Positions 27,821 to 36,214 of a stretch of DNA of 63,307 bases are shown piece by piece; position 1 is the first letter of the stretch, and every line of letters starts with the position of its first letter. The stretch is from Clostridia bacterium (GTDB taxonomy: Bacteria; Bacillota; Clostridia; Oscillospirales; CAG-272). Below the pieces are notes generated by a model that saw nothing but the letters and a program-made list of their open reading frames with translations, searched no databases and was not told the origin of the DNA. The position numbers and the translations under genes were made by a program. Where the stretch lies: NCBI GenBank assembly GCA_017412675.1, contig JAFPWV010000014.1:1-63307 (forward strand), read 5' to 3'.

Positions 27821-28594
27821 ATGTACACGACCGAACAACTCACCGCCGCCTTCGACCGCATCGGCCTGATTTACGACCTGGACGCCGCCCCGACGCCGGA
27901 GCTCCTTTCCGATGTGCAGTACGCAATGGCGACGCATGTGCCCTACGAAAACCTCGACATCGTCGCGGGGATCCCCCTCTCGCTCGATTACGGCGATCTC
28001 TATGACAAGATCGTGACGCGGCACCGGGGCGGCTACTGCTTCGAGCTGAACGGCTTCCTCGGCGAACTGCTCCGCTCGCTCGGCTACGGGATCGTCGAGG
28101 TGATGGCGCGCTACCTCCGGGGAGAAGTGGAAATCCCGATGCGGCGTCACCGGGTGCTCCTCGCAGAAGCGTCGGACGGATCCCGCTGGATCGCGGACGC
28201 GGGAATCGGCCAGGCGGCGTTCAAGCGTCCCCTGCGCTTCGAGGAAGGCGCCGAGGCCAAAATCGACGGGGAGACCTACCGCGTCGGGCGCGAGCCCTTC
28301 TTCGGCTGGGTGATCTCCGACTGGCACGACGGAGCATGGCGGAAGTTTTACAGCTTCACCGAAGAGGTCCAGCTGAACATCGACTACATCATGCCGTCGT
28401 TCTGGTGCGAGCACGCGCCCGAGAGTCCGTTTCCCGGCGCACCCATGCTGTCGATCAAGACGACCGACGGACGGATCACGGTGGACGGCGATGTGTTCCG
28501 CGTATGGCACGGGGAGACGCCGACCGAAAAAACGATCAGGAGCGAAGAGGAGCGGGCGGAGATCTACCGGAAGTATTTCGGGATCATATTATAA
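27821..28594 (+). CDS. Arylamine N-acetyltransferase
   Basis: VPYENLD and the catalytic RGGYCFELN cysteine motif. I chose the start at 27821 because of the AAGGAGGG RBS. The track start at 27797 overlaps the fbp end. Confidence 0.85.
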   Translation: MYTTEQLTAAFDRIGLIYDLDAAPTPELLSDVQYAMATHVPYENLDIVAGIPLSLDYGDLYDKIVTRHRGGYCFELNGFLGELLRSLGYGIVEVMARYLRGEVEIPMRRHRVLLAEASDGSRWIADAGIGQAAFKRPLRFEEGAEAKIDGETYRVGREPFFGWVISDWHDGAWRKFYSFTEEVQLNIDYIMPSFWCEHAPESPFPGAPMLSIKTTDGRITVDGDVFRVWHGETPTEKTIRSEEERAEIYRKYFGIIL

Positions 28595-28603
28595 GACAAC
28601 AGG

Positions 28604-28632
28604 AAAGGGGCTGCGCGAACAGTCCCTTTTGT
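28604..28632. terminator. Bidirectional terminator between the NAT gene and the convergent DUF2812 gene
   Basis: AAAGGGGCTG (28604-28613) pairs with CAGTCCCTTT (28620-28629), followed by TTTTG. Confidence 0.7.
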
Positions 28633-28642
28633 GTCGATTCTC

Positions 28643-29182
28643 TTATTCGTAAATCTGACCCTCGTCCTTGAGCGTTTTGATCTTCTTCCAGAGCTTCCAG
28701 ATCCCCCAGCAGCAGAGCGCGCAGAGGACGAGGCTGAAGATTCCGAGCAGACTGATCGGATTGTGCCACAGGTGGAAAATCCACAGGTTATACACCCCGG
28801 CGTAGAAATTCCCGCCTGCGACAAGCGCGACGAGCCAGAGGATCCGGATCAGGTGCTTCATGCGCGATTCCTTATCCGAGAAAACCTCGAACGGTCCGTC
28901 CGCCGTCTTTCTGCGGTAATAAGCCCAGCGAAAGACCGTTCCGATCTGCTCGACGCCGGTCTCCTCGAGGAATTTGAAATACTGCTCGGATTCGGGATGG
29001 TTCGGACCGTGCGCGAGCAGCTCCAGCGCGATCTGGTATTCGCCGGGATCCGTCTCTTCAAAATCGTAGCGGAACAGGCCGACGGAGATGAGGGATAGCC
29101 CCTTCGCCGCCATTTCGTTGAGCCATGCCTCTTCCTTGTCGAAATCCCATCCCCAGATGACCTTGTGAACCGTTTTTCTCAT
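28643..29182 (-). CDS. DUF2812 domain-containing membrane protein
   Basis: N-terminus WDFDKEEAWLNEMAAKGL is typical of DUF2812, with two C-terminal TM helices. It has a 4-nt overlap with the upstream padR. Confidence 0.75.
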   Translation of the reverse strand: MRKTVHKVIWGWDFDKEEAWLNEMAAKGLSLISVGLFRYDFEETDPGEYQIALELLAHGPNHPESEQYFKFLEETGVEQIGTVFRWAYYRRKTADGPFEVFSDKESRMKHLIRILWLVALVAGGNFYAGVYNLWIFHLWHNPISLLGIFSLVLCALCCWGIWKLWKKIKTLKDEGQIYE

Positions 29183-29502
29183 AGCGTCCCATCCTCTCCT
29201 TTCAGCAGCTTCCGTCCGTTTTCATAGAGCTCCCCGAGGCGCTGCCATTCCCCCTCGAGGACCTCCCTTCCGAGGCGCGTGATCCGGTATTTCTTCTGCC
29301 GCCCCGCATCGCCGTCCGGGACGTTTTCGATCCATCCCTTCGCGACGAGCGTGCTGAGAGCGCCGTAGAGCGTTCCCGCCGCGAGCCGGACCCGCCCGCC
29401 GGACAGGGTCTCTGCGTTCTGCATGATCCCGTATCCGTGCATCGGGGTGAGAAGCGACAGGAGAATGTAGTAGACCGCCTCGGTCAATGCGCTTTCCGTC
29501 AT
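29179..29502 (-). CDS. PadR family transcriptional regulator
   Basis: 107 aa with the winged-helix pattern ILL.L....HGY.I.........R...GTLY.AL..L...G.I. Confidence 0.85.
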   Translation of the reverse strand: MTESALTEAVYYILLSLLTPMHGYGIMQNAETLSGGRVRLAAGTLYGALSTLVAKGWIENVPDGDAGRQKKYRITRLGREVLEGEWQRLGELYENGRKLLKGEDGTL

Positions 29503-29519
29503 GCGATCACCTCACAAAA

Positions 29520-29578
29520 ATATCGCCGACCGATATATCGGCTGACGATATTATAACACAGCCCGTCCTCCCTGTCAA
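29520..29578 (-). promoter_or_regulatory. padR promoter with an overlapping 32-bp imperfect palindrome (candidate PadR operator)
   Basis: On the minus strand: TTGACA (29578-29573), a 17-nt spacer, then TGTTATAAT (-10 at 29555-29550). The palindrome ATATCGTCAGCCGATATATCGGTCGGCGATAT (29551-29520) is symmetric at 26 of 32 positions, with a perfect CCGATATATCGG core. Confidence 0.6.
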
Positions 29579-29596
29579 GGGGGTTCGGAAAAATTT

Positions 29597-30568
29597 TTAC
29601 GGCTTTCGGGAGCGCCATTCCTCCCACAGCGCGAGGGCTTCTGCGAGCAGGCGGTCCGGGGACTTCATCCGGCCTCCCTCGTCGGGCGCGAGCCGCAGGG
29701 CGTCGGGATCGCGGCGGAACCAGATCATCTGCCGCTTGGCATAGTGCCGCGTCGCCAGCTTGATCGCCGCTGTGACGTCGGAGAGCGTGCACTCCCCCCG
29801 GAAGTACGGGAGGAATTCCTTGTACCCGATCGCCTGCGCCGCCGTCCGGGAAACGTGCCGGCCCGGTGCGAAGAGGGCGCGCGCCTCCGCTTCGAGCCCG
29901 CCCGCCATCATCTGGTCGACCCGCCGATCGATCCGTTCGTACAGAAGCGCGCGGTCCTCGAAGGTCAGAATGATCGGGCAGTCGTCATAGGGCACCTCCC
30001 CGGCAATCTGGGCGCGGTCCACCTCGGTCTTGGTCCTCCCCGTCGTCTCCCAGATCTCGAGCGCGCGGACGACCCGGCGGACGTTGTTCGGGTGGATCGC
30101 CACCGCAGCATCCGGATCCACCGCCGCGAGCCGCTCGTGGAGGGCTTCCGGACCGTGCTCATCCGCGTAGGCGAAGAGGGAGGCGACGAGTGCTTCATCC
30201 CGCTCTTCCTCGCCGAAGCCCGTGATCCGCATGAGGGCGTCGTGATACATCCCCGTTCCGCCGCAGAGGATGGGCAGGTGTCCCCGTCCGTCGATCTCTG
30301 CAAGGACGGGAGCGGCACAGCGGGCGTAATCGGCGGCGGAGAACGCCTCCTCCGGGTCGATGATGTCGAACAGATAGTGGGGGACGCCGCTCTGCTCTTC
30401 CCGGTCCGGGGTCGCCGTCCCGACGTCCATCCCGCGGTAGAGCTGCATCGAATCGCAGGACACGATCTCCCCGCCGAGCGCCTTGGCCAGCCCGATCGCG
30501 AGCCCGGTCTTCCCCGATGCCGTCGGGCCGAGGACGGAGAGCGTCTTCATTTTCTTCCGGTCGTTCAT
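29597..30568 (-). CDS. miaA: tRNA dimethylallyltransferase
   Basis: Homology starts at MNDRKKMKTLSVLGPTASGKT (P-loop), followed by DSMQLYRGMDVGT. The ATG at 30568 has GGAG 6 nt upstream. The 70-aa N-terminal extension in the ORF track is non-homologous. Confidence 0.9.
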   Translation of the reverse strand: MNDRKKMKTLSVLGPTASGKTGLAIGLAKALGGEIVSCDSMQLYRGMDVGTATPDREEQSGVPHYLFDIIDPEEAFSAADYARCAAPVLAEIDGRGHLPILCGGTGMYHDALMRITGFGEEERDEALVASLFAYADEHGPEALHERLAAVDPDAAVAIHPNNVRRVVRALEIWETTGRTKTEVDRAQIAGEVPYDDCPIILTFEDRALLYERIDRRVDQMMAGGLEAEARALFAPGRHVSRTAAQAIGYKEFLPYFRGECTLSDVTAAIKLATRHYAKRQMIWFRRDPDALRLAPDEGGRMKSPDRLLAEALALWEEWRSRKP

Positions 30569-30649
30569 ATCCGCTCCGTTTGATGATTCCTTCGTATCTG
30601 CCATTATACCGCATCCGCCGCCCGAAGTCAACACCCGCGGCAAAGGCTC

Positions 30650-30678
30650 TTGACAAGCGCGGGATTTCGTGTTATCAT
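30650..30678 (+). promoter_or_regulatory. Sigma-A-type promoter of the NusG-II/Gx operon
   Basis: TTGACA (30650-30655), a 17-nt spacer, then GTGTTATCAT (-10 at 30673-30678). The ATG at 30685 lies only 7 nt after the -10 and has no SD. Confidence 0.6.
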
Positions 30679-30684
30679 GGACGC

Positions 30685-31080
30685 ATGAAAAAGATGAACC
30701 GCTCGCAAACGATCCCGCTCCTCGCCGTGCTGCTCGTTCTCGCGGCATGTGCGCTCTGGGCGTGGATCCTGCAAACAAGGGCTCCCGGCACCGTGGCGAA
30801 CATCTACCAGAACGGCGTCTGCGTGCGCTCCGTCGATCTCTCGAAGGTCGGGGAGCCGTACGAATTCACCATCACCGACGCCGCGGGAGAGAACACGGTC
30901 CGCGTGGAGCCGGGGCGCATCCGTATCACCGCCGCCGACTGCCCGGACAAGATCTGCGTGAATACCGGCTGGATCTCGGACAGTGCAGCCCCGATCGTCT
31001 GTCTGCCGCACCGGCTCGTCATCCGCCTCGAAGAGGGACCCGCGGACGGCGTGAAACCACTCGACGGCGTCGCCGGGTGA
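30685..31080 (+). CDS. NusG domain II-containing protein (DUF1312-like), membrane-anchored
   Basis: N-terminal TM anchor, then the pattern V..I...G.......L......F.I......N.V.V..G.I.I..A.CPD..C...GWI.....PI.CLP..L.I. Confidence 0.75.
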   Translation: MKKMNRSQTIPLLAVLLVLAACALWAWILQTRAPGTVANIYQNGVCVRSVDLSKVGEPYEFTITDAAGENTVRVEPGRIRITAADCPDKICVNTGWISDSAAPIVCLPHRLVIRLEEGPADGVKPLDGVAG

Positions 31081-31092
31081 GGAGGCCTTTTG

Positions 31093-31599
31093 ATGAAACA
31101 TCCCGTCAAGCGTCTCTGTTTCGACGCACTCCTCACCGCCATCGCGCTGACGATCTTCGTGATCGAGATGCACATCCCCCTCTCCGTCGGGATCCCGGGG
31201 GTCAAGCTCGGGCTCTCAAACATCGTCACCGTCTCCGCCGTCTTCCTGCTTGGTCCCGTCGACGCGGCGGGGATCCTCTTCGCGCGCATCCTGCTCGGCG
31301 GCATCTTCACGGGGCAGATCATGGCGCTCTGGTACAGCCTTGCGGGAGGGCTCCTCTGCTATCTCTCGATGCTCGTCACGCACAGGCTCCTCACATCCTC
31401 GCACATCTGGCTCGCCAGCGTGATCGGCGCGGTCTTTCACAACATCGGTCAGCTCCTCGCCGCCGCAGCCGTGACCCGGACCCTCGCGGTCTTCTGGTAT
31501 TTCCCGATCCTCATGGTTTCGGGGATCCTCGCCGGGCTCTTCACAGGCATCGCGGCACAGTTCACTGTCCGCCGGATCGAAAAGGTGATCCGGAAATAA
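31093..31599 (+). CDS. Gx transporter family protein (heptaprenyl diphosphate synthase component I-like)
   Basis: About 5 TM segments. IPGVKLGLSNIVT and the GG.L motifs are typical of the family that pairs with NusG-II genes. GGAGG lies 7 nt upstream of the ATG at 31093. Confidence 0.75.
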   Translation: MKHPVKRLCFDALLTAIALTIFVIEMHIPLSVGIPGVKLGLSNIVTVSAVFLLGPVDAAGILFARILLGGIFTGQIMALWYSLAGGLLCYLSMLVTHRLLTSSHIWLASVIGAVFHNIGQLLAAAAVTRTLAVFWYFPILMVSGILAGLFTGIAAQFTVRRIEKVIRK

Positions 31600-31657
31600 A
31601 CGAAAACGATACAGAAAAGAGCCCCGTTGAGGAGCTCTTTTTTCGTGCGGGATCCGT

Positions 31658-32398
31658 TTATTCGACCTTCGCCAGGGCGGCATCCGCCTTTTCGATCCAG
31701 GCCGTGCGGTCGCCGTAGATCGCGACGTCGAGCGCTTCGGCTGCATTGCCTGCGGTGTCTTCGAGAGCCGCTTCATCGCCCTTCGCAGCGGCGCCGATGG
31801 CGGAACCGATGGCCTTCGCCGCGTTGATCTGGCTCTTCCACGTGTTCGCCATGTTGCCGAGGGTCTTCTGGATGCCGAAGAGCTTGTTGAAGTACTTCTC
31901 GAGCTTCTCGAAGGATTTCTTGCCCGGGATCTTGAAGATAACTTCGTTCATGCCCTCGACGTTCTTAAAGGTCAGGCGGCAGACTTCCTGCTTTTCGGTC
32001 TTGCCGTCGGACGTCTTTCTGTCCATCACCTCATAGTTGTACCCGACGAGATCGGCGATGCGGTAGACGCAGGCGAGCTCGCTCTTGCCGAAGACCATGA
32101 ATTTATAGCGGGTCTCGACGTATGCCATCAGGCCGACGTCCTCCGCCACATAGACCGGGGAGCCGAACCGGACGAGCTTCTTGCGCTGGGGAACGAAATA
32201 GGTCTTCCACAGCTTGGTGCCCCGCTCCACCTGCGCGAGGTGGGCTTTCACGGACGGAAGGGTCGCGTGCATGAAGTCGAAGTCCTTGAAGCCCTTCGGC
32301 TTGCAGGTCTTGCGGCAGATGTACGCACCGTCAGCCAGCTTTACCTGCTGGATCAGATTGATTTCCGCGCCGCAGATTGCACAGGTCTGTTTTGCCAT
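31658..32398 (-). CDS. DUF4428-type zinc-ribbon protein of unknown function
   Basis: N-terminus CAICG...DG.YICRKTC (Cys4 ribbon), a central beta-rich region and an Ala-rich C-terminal tail. GGAGGAC RBS. Confidence 0.6.
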   Translation of the reverse strand: MAKQTCAICGAEINLIQQVKLADGAYICRKTCKPKGFKDFDFMHATLPSVKAHLAQVERGTKLWKTYFVPQRKKLVRFGSPVYVAEDVGLMAYVETRYKFMVFGKSELACVYRIADLVGYNYEVMDRKTSDGKTEKQEVCRLTFKNVEGMNEVIFKIPGKKSFEKLEKYFNKLFGIQKTLGNMANTWKSQINAAKAIGSAIGAAAKGDEAALEDTAGNAAEALDVAIYGDRTAWIEKADAALAKVE

Positions 32399-32447
32399 GA
32401 TGATGTCCTCCGTACTGATAAAGAATTAGGATCTTTGCATCATATCC

Positions 32448-32476
32448 ATTATGCCACAAACCGGAGGCTCTGTCAT
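32448..32476 (-). promoter_or_regulatory. Candidate promoter of the DUF4428 gene
   Basis: On the minus strand: ATGACA (32476-32471), a 17-nt spacer, then TGGCATAAT (-10 at 32453-32448). Confidence 0.45.
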
Positions 32477-32512
32477 CGCTAAAATTAGTGAAAATCGAAA
32501 AACCGCGCGTCG

Positions 32513-33262
32513 TCATCCCTTCGCGAGCCAGCTGAGCAGCGTTTCCGCGTCACGATAAAGCTGATCCTCCGTGTCGTCGCAGACGAATTCGAGGAAGAGC
32601 CCGTGGTCTCCCGGCGCATCGCGGATGATCTCGAGGTACTGCCGCCACATCCGCTCGCCGTCCGAGAGGGGGAATTTGTCGCGTCCGGACCAGGTGAAGA
32701 CGTGGACGTTCGAGAGATACGGTGAGACGGCGCGGACGGCGGAGAGGTTGTACTCGTCGTCCATGAACTGATTCGGCTGCCAGTAAAGACGGAAGTTGTC
32801 CGCCGCGACCTCCTCAGCGAGCCGGACCGCGCTCTCGTACCGGTCGGTCAGGGTATTCTGATGAAACTCCGTGCTGACGGTCCGGCCTTCTTTGGCGGCA
32901 CGCGCCGAGAGACGGCGGAGGTTGTCCGCGACCATGCGGCGGTTTTCGCTGTCGGACGCGGCGCTCCCGAGCCTGCCCGCCCAGACGCGGACGTTCTTCG
33001 CGCCGAGGATGGCCGCAGCCCCTGCGATGGGATCGGGATCCTCTTCGTCGGTGCAGAAGTAGTAGGAGCCGTATGTATCGACGGCGAGACCAGCTTCTGC
33101 GGTGAGGCGGACGGCGTCGCGCGCGGCATCGGGATCGGCCGGGGGCACGTGGATATCCCCACCCCATTCGAGGAGGGGGAGGCCGGCTTTCTTTGCGACG
33201 GCGCAGATCTTCGCGCGGTCGAATTTGCGGAAGGTGATGGTGACGAGACCGGGGGTGAGCAT
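32513..33262 (-). CDS. Sugar phosphate isomerase/epimerase (xylose-isomerase-like TIM barrel)
   Basis: Homology begins at MLTPGLVTITFRK. The ATG at 33262 has AAAGGAG 8 nt upstream. The 97-aa upstream extension in the ORF track is Arg/Ser/Pro-rich and overlaps dapA. Confidence 0.7.
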   Translation of the reverse strand: MLTPGLVTITFRKFDRAKICAVAKKAGLPLLEWGGDIHVPPADPDAARDAVRLTAEAGLAVDTYGSYYFCTDEEDPDPIAGAAAILGAKNVRVWAGRLGSAASDSENRRMVADNLRRLSARAAKEGRTVSTEFHQNTLTDRYESAVRLAEEVAADNFRLYWQPNQFMDDEYNLSAVRAVSPYLSNVHVFTWSGRDKFPLSDGERMWRQYLEIIRDAPGDHGLFLEFVCDDTEDQLYRDAETLLSWLAKG

Positions 33263-33344
33263 GATGGTGAACTCCTTTGTTTGAAAGATGTCCGGGATGA
33301 ACCGTGAGAGGTGCGGAGGGGAGCTTTTCGGGGCCCCCCTTCGT

Positions 33345-34241
33345 TCACAGCAGTCCGAGGGAGTCGAGCGCGGCGCGGAGGCGGGCTTCCGTCTCGCTTC
33401 GCACGGGGACAAGCGGGAGGCGCAGAACGTTTTCCGCGAGCCCGAGCATCGCCATGGCGGCTTTGACGGGCGCGGGATTGGTTTCGGCAAACAGCGCACG
33501 CGCGAGAGGCAATAGCCTGTTGTGGATCGCCGCAGCCGTCTGCCACTCGCCATCCAGCATCGCGCGGCACATCTCCCCGACCTCGCGCGGCAGGAGGTTG
33601 GCGAGCACGGATACGGCTCCCATGCCGCCGACGGAGCAGACCGGGACGATCTCCCCGTCGTTCCCCGCGTATACGGCGAAGTCTTCGCCCGAAAACACCG
33701 CGCAGAGATCCGCCGCCCGGTCGATGCTCCCAGAGGCCTCCTTGATCCCGGCGATGTGCGGGTGCCGCGCCAGCTCTTTCACGAGGGGAACGGGCAGATC
33801 GACCCCCGTGCGCGAGGGAATGTTGTAGAGGATCACCGGGCAGCCCGCCGCGTCCGCCGTCTCGGTGAAGTGCCGGATCAGCCCGTCCGGCGTCGGTCGG
33901 TTGTAGTACGGCGCAGCGACGAGCACCGCGTCGCATCCGGCCTCGCTGGCAAATCTCGTGAACGCCGCGGTCCTGGCGGTGTCGTTCGTGCCGGTCCCGG
34001 CGATCACCGGAACGCATCCGGCGGCGATCCGCACCGTCTCCCGCACGAGCATCCTCCGCTCTTCGTCCGTGAGGGTCGCGCTCTCGCCCGTCGTCCCGAG
34101 CACGAGCAAGGCGTCCGCCCCGCCCGCGATCTGCCGCCGGACCAGGTTTGAGAAGGCCTCGGCATCGACCGATCCGTCCGCACGGAAGGGGGTGACAAGA
34201 GCCGTACAGAGTCCCCGGAACGGGATTTCTTGTTTCTTCAT
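33345..34241 (-). CDS. dapA: 4-hydroxy-tetrahydrodipicolinate synthase
   Basis: 298 aa with motifs TALVTPF, GTTGES.TL, the catalytic Lys region GIKEASG, and YN.P.RT. Confidence 0.9.
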   Translation of the reverse strand: MKKQEIPFRGLCTALVTPFRADGSVDAEAFSNLVRRQIAGGADALLVLGTTGESATLTDEERRMLVRETVRIAAGCVPVIAGTGTNDTARTAAFTRFASEAGCDAVLVAAPYYNRPTPDGLIRHFTETADAAGCPVILYNIPSRTGVDLPVPLVKELARHPHIAGIKEASGSIDRAADLCAVFSGEDFAVYAGNDGEIVPVCSVGGMGAVSVLANLLPREVGEMCRAMLDGEWQTAAAIHNRLLPLARALFAETNPAPVKAAMAMLGLAENVLRLPLVPVRSETEARLRAALDSLGLL

Positions 34242-34284
34242 ATCGCAAAGCCGCGCAATCCGCGCGGGAATTCATGAAAAACCG

Positions 34285-34313
34285 TTGAAATGAAGGGCGG
34301 TTTGTGCTATGAT
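34285..34313 (+). promoter_or_regulatory. queA promoter
   Basis: TTGAAA (34285-34290), a 17-nt spacer, then TGTGCTATGAT (-10 at 34308-34313). Confidence 0.6.
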
Positions 34314-34383
34314 ACAGAAGATCGCCCCGCCCGTCTTCAGTCTATGCGCCGCATGGCCGGGAGGTGCGGACGTTCACGCAATA

Positions 34384-34412
34384 ATGATAGCACAGCAGGC
34401 GGCGCTTGTCAA
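34384..34412 (-). promoter_or_regulatory. dapA promoter, facing the queA promoter
   Basis: On the minus strand: TTGACA (34412-34407), a 17-nt spacer, then TGTGCTATCAT (-10 at 34389-34384). This predicts a ~135-nt dapA leader. Confidence 0.55.
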
Positions 34413-34431
34413 GCCGTCCACGGAGCAGAAC

Positions 34432-35517
34432 ATGATCAGAAACACCCTTCCCCCGACCGACCTCACCCTCTCGGATTTCCGCTACGATCTCCCCCCGGAG
34501 CGCATCGCGCAGACGCCCGTCGAACCGCGGGACTCCTCGCGGCTCATGGTGCTCAACCGCAGAACGGGAACGCTCGAACACCGCATATTCCGGGACATCG
34601 TCGATTACCTCGATCCCGGCGACACCCTCGTGATCAACGACACGCGCGTCATCCCCGCCCGCATCATCGGACACCGCGCGCGCCGCGCAGACGGGAGCGA
34701 GGGTACGGCGTCCCCGGTGGAGCTTCTGCTTCTCCGGCAGCGGGAGGAATGCGTCTGGGAGACCCTCGCCGGTCCGGGAAAGCGCGCCCGTCCGGGGGAC
34801 ATCCTCTCCTTCGGCGACGGACTGCTCACGGCGGAGGTCCTCGAGGTCGCCGAGGAAGGCTGCCGCGTGGTCCGTTTCACGGTGCACCGCGAGGGACTGC
34901 GTTTCTTCGCCGCGCTCGATCTGCTCGGCACCATGCCCCTGCCGCCGTACATCACGCACAAGCTCGAGAATCCGGAACGGTATCAGACGGTGTACTCCCG
35001 CGAAGCCGGATCCGCCGCCGCGCCGACTGCCGGACTGCACTTCACGCCGGAGCTGCTCGACCGGATCCGCGAGAAGGGGGTCGCCGTCGCGCCGGTGCTG
35101 CTTCACGTCGGACTCGGGACCTTCCGCCCGGTGAAAGAGGAGCGGATCGCGGAGCACGAGATGCACGCGGAATACATCCGGGTGACGGAGGAGACGGCGG
35201 CACTCGTGAACAGCCGGAGAGCGGCGGGCGGGCGCGTGATCGCCGTGGGGACGACGTCCTGCCGGGTGCTCGAATCCGCGGCGGACGAGGACGGGCATCT
35301 CCGCGCGGTCGACACGGACACGGGGATCTTCATCTACCCCGGCTACCGCTTCCGCATCGTCGACGCGCTCATCACGAACTTCCATCTGCCGGAGAGCACG
35401 CTGCTCATGCTGGTCTCCGCGCTCGCCGGCCGGGAAACGATCCTGGACGCCTATCGGACGGCCGTTGAGATGGAATACCGGTTCTTCTCCTTCGGCGACG
35501 CGATGTTCATTCAATGA
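34432..35517 (+). CDS. queA: S-adenosylmethionine:tRNA ribosyltransferase-isomerase
   Basis: Homology starts at [28 protein letters not shown], followed by TAGLHFT and TNFHLP.STLLMLV. The ATG at 34432 has a GGAG RBS. Confidence 0.9.
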   Translation: MIRNTLPPTDLTLSDFRYDLPPERIAQTPVEPRDSSRLMVLNRRTGTLEHRIFRDIVDYLDPGDTLVINDTRVIPARIIGHRARRADGSEGTASPVELLLLRQREECVWETLAGPGKRARPGDILSFGDGLLTAEVLEVAEEGCRVVRFTVHREGLRFFAALDLLGTMPLPPYITHKLENPERYQTVYSREAGSAAAPTAGLHFTPELLDRIREKGVAVAPVLLHVGLGTFRPVKEERIAEHEMHAEYIRVTEETAALVNSRRAAGGRVIAVGTTSCRVLESAADEDGHLRAVDTDTGIFIYPGYRFRIVDALITNFHLPESTLLMLVSALAGRETILDAYRTAVEMEYRFFSFGDAMFIQ

Positions 35518-35525
35518 AGCAGGGA

Positions 35526-35570
35526 GCTGCCGCACAAACGCCCGGGAACGGGGATGCGGCGGCTTTTTTT
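35526..35570 (+). terminator. Rho-independent terminator after queA, followed by a second hairpin with a T-run at ~35571-35606
   Basis: GCTGCCGCA (35526-35534) pairs with TGCGGCGGC (35555-35563), then TTTTTTT. Immediately after, CTCCGG...CCGGAG is followed by ATTTTTT. Confidence 0.8.
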
Positions 35571-35614
35571 CTCCGGATTTTCTAAAATCCCCGGAGATTT
35601 TTTATGAAATCCCC

Positions 35615-35672
35615 TTGACAGCGGGGACGGGATATGCTATAATGCGAAGGTACCTGATCGAAAGGTACCTGA
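35615..35672 (+). promoter_or_regulatory. marR promoter plus a duplicated AGGTACCTGA box (candidate MarR operator)
   Basis: TTGACA (35615-35620), a 17-nt spacer, then TGCTATAAT (-10 at 35638-35643). Two copies of AGGTACCTGA lie at 35648-35657 and 35663-35672. Each contains the 8-bp palindrome AGGTACCT, and their spacing is 15 bp centre to centre. Confidence 0.55.
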
Positions 35673-35716
35673 CAAATCTTGTGCCACGTCGCGCATCGCG
35701 CGGGAAAGGAGTCCCT

Positions 35717-36214
35717 TTGCCAGTCATTGAAGAAGAAATCGTCTGGAAGCTGCGCCGCATCCACGCGATCGGACGGAGAGGCGCGCCGCATCGCCCGGAA
35801 ACCCCGGAGGCCGCAGCCGAGGAACAGCAGAACCACAGCCGCGGGCGCATGATGGGCATCCTCGCGGACCGCGGACCGATGAGCCAGACCGCGCTTGCCG
35901 CCATCCTCGACATCCGCCCGCAGTCCCTCTCGGAGCTCGCCGCCAAGGCGGAGTGCGAGGGATTCGTCTCGCGGGCTCCCTCGGAGGAGGACCGGCGGCA
36001 GACCATCGTCTCCCTCACCGATGCCGGACGCGCCCGTGTTGCGGCATTCCGGGAGGCGCACCGGCGTCATGCCGAAGAATTTCTCGCCCCCCTCAGCGAG
36101 GACGAAAAGAAAACGCTCCGCGTCCTGCTCGACAAGATCATCGAGGGGCAGGAGCCCGAAAAACCAGAACAAAATCCGGAGAGATCCGACAAAACCGAAG
36201 GAGGAGTCGCCTGA
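35717..36214 (+). CDS. MarR family transcriptional regulator
   Basis: Winged-helix core (L....GPMSQTALA..L.IRPQSLSEL..K.E..G.V.R..SEEDRR...V.LT..G). I chose the TTG start at 35717 because AAGGAG lies 5 nt upstream. The longer ORF-track start overlaps queA. Confidence 0.75.
   Translation: MPVIEEEIVWKLRRIHAIGRRGAPHRPETPEAAAEEQQNHSRGRMMGILADRGPMSQTALAAILDIRPQSLSELAAKAECEGFVSRAPSEEDRRQTIVSLTDAGRARVAAFREAHRRHAEEFLAPLSEDEKKTLRVLLDKIIEGQEPEKPEQNPERSDKTEGGVA

Noticed and set aside
29597-30778. Long N-terminal extensions in the ORF track for miaA. The same applies to 30517 (NusG-II), 32513-33553, 34309 (queA), 35465 (marR), 35953 (ABC), 44932-46056 (DUF11), 59776 (FAD oxidoreductase), 19661 (membrane protein) and 11670-12650.
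   Set aside because: The extensions are Arg/Ser/Pro-rich, non-homologous and often overlap neighbouring genes or promoters. Internal starts with good Shine-Dalgarno sequences coincide with the beginning of family homology.
34242-34431. Possible lysine (L-box) riboswitch before dapA or preQ1 riboswitch before queA
   Set aside because: The predicted leaders (~135 nt and ~110 nt) lack the conserved L-box core elements and length. They also lack the short preQ1-I/II consensus as I remember them. I kept them only as generic structured leaders.
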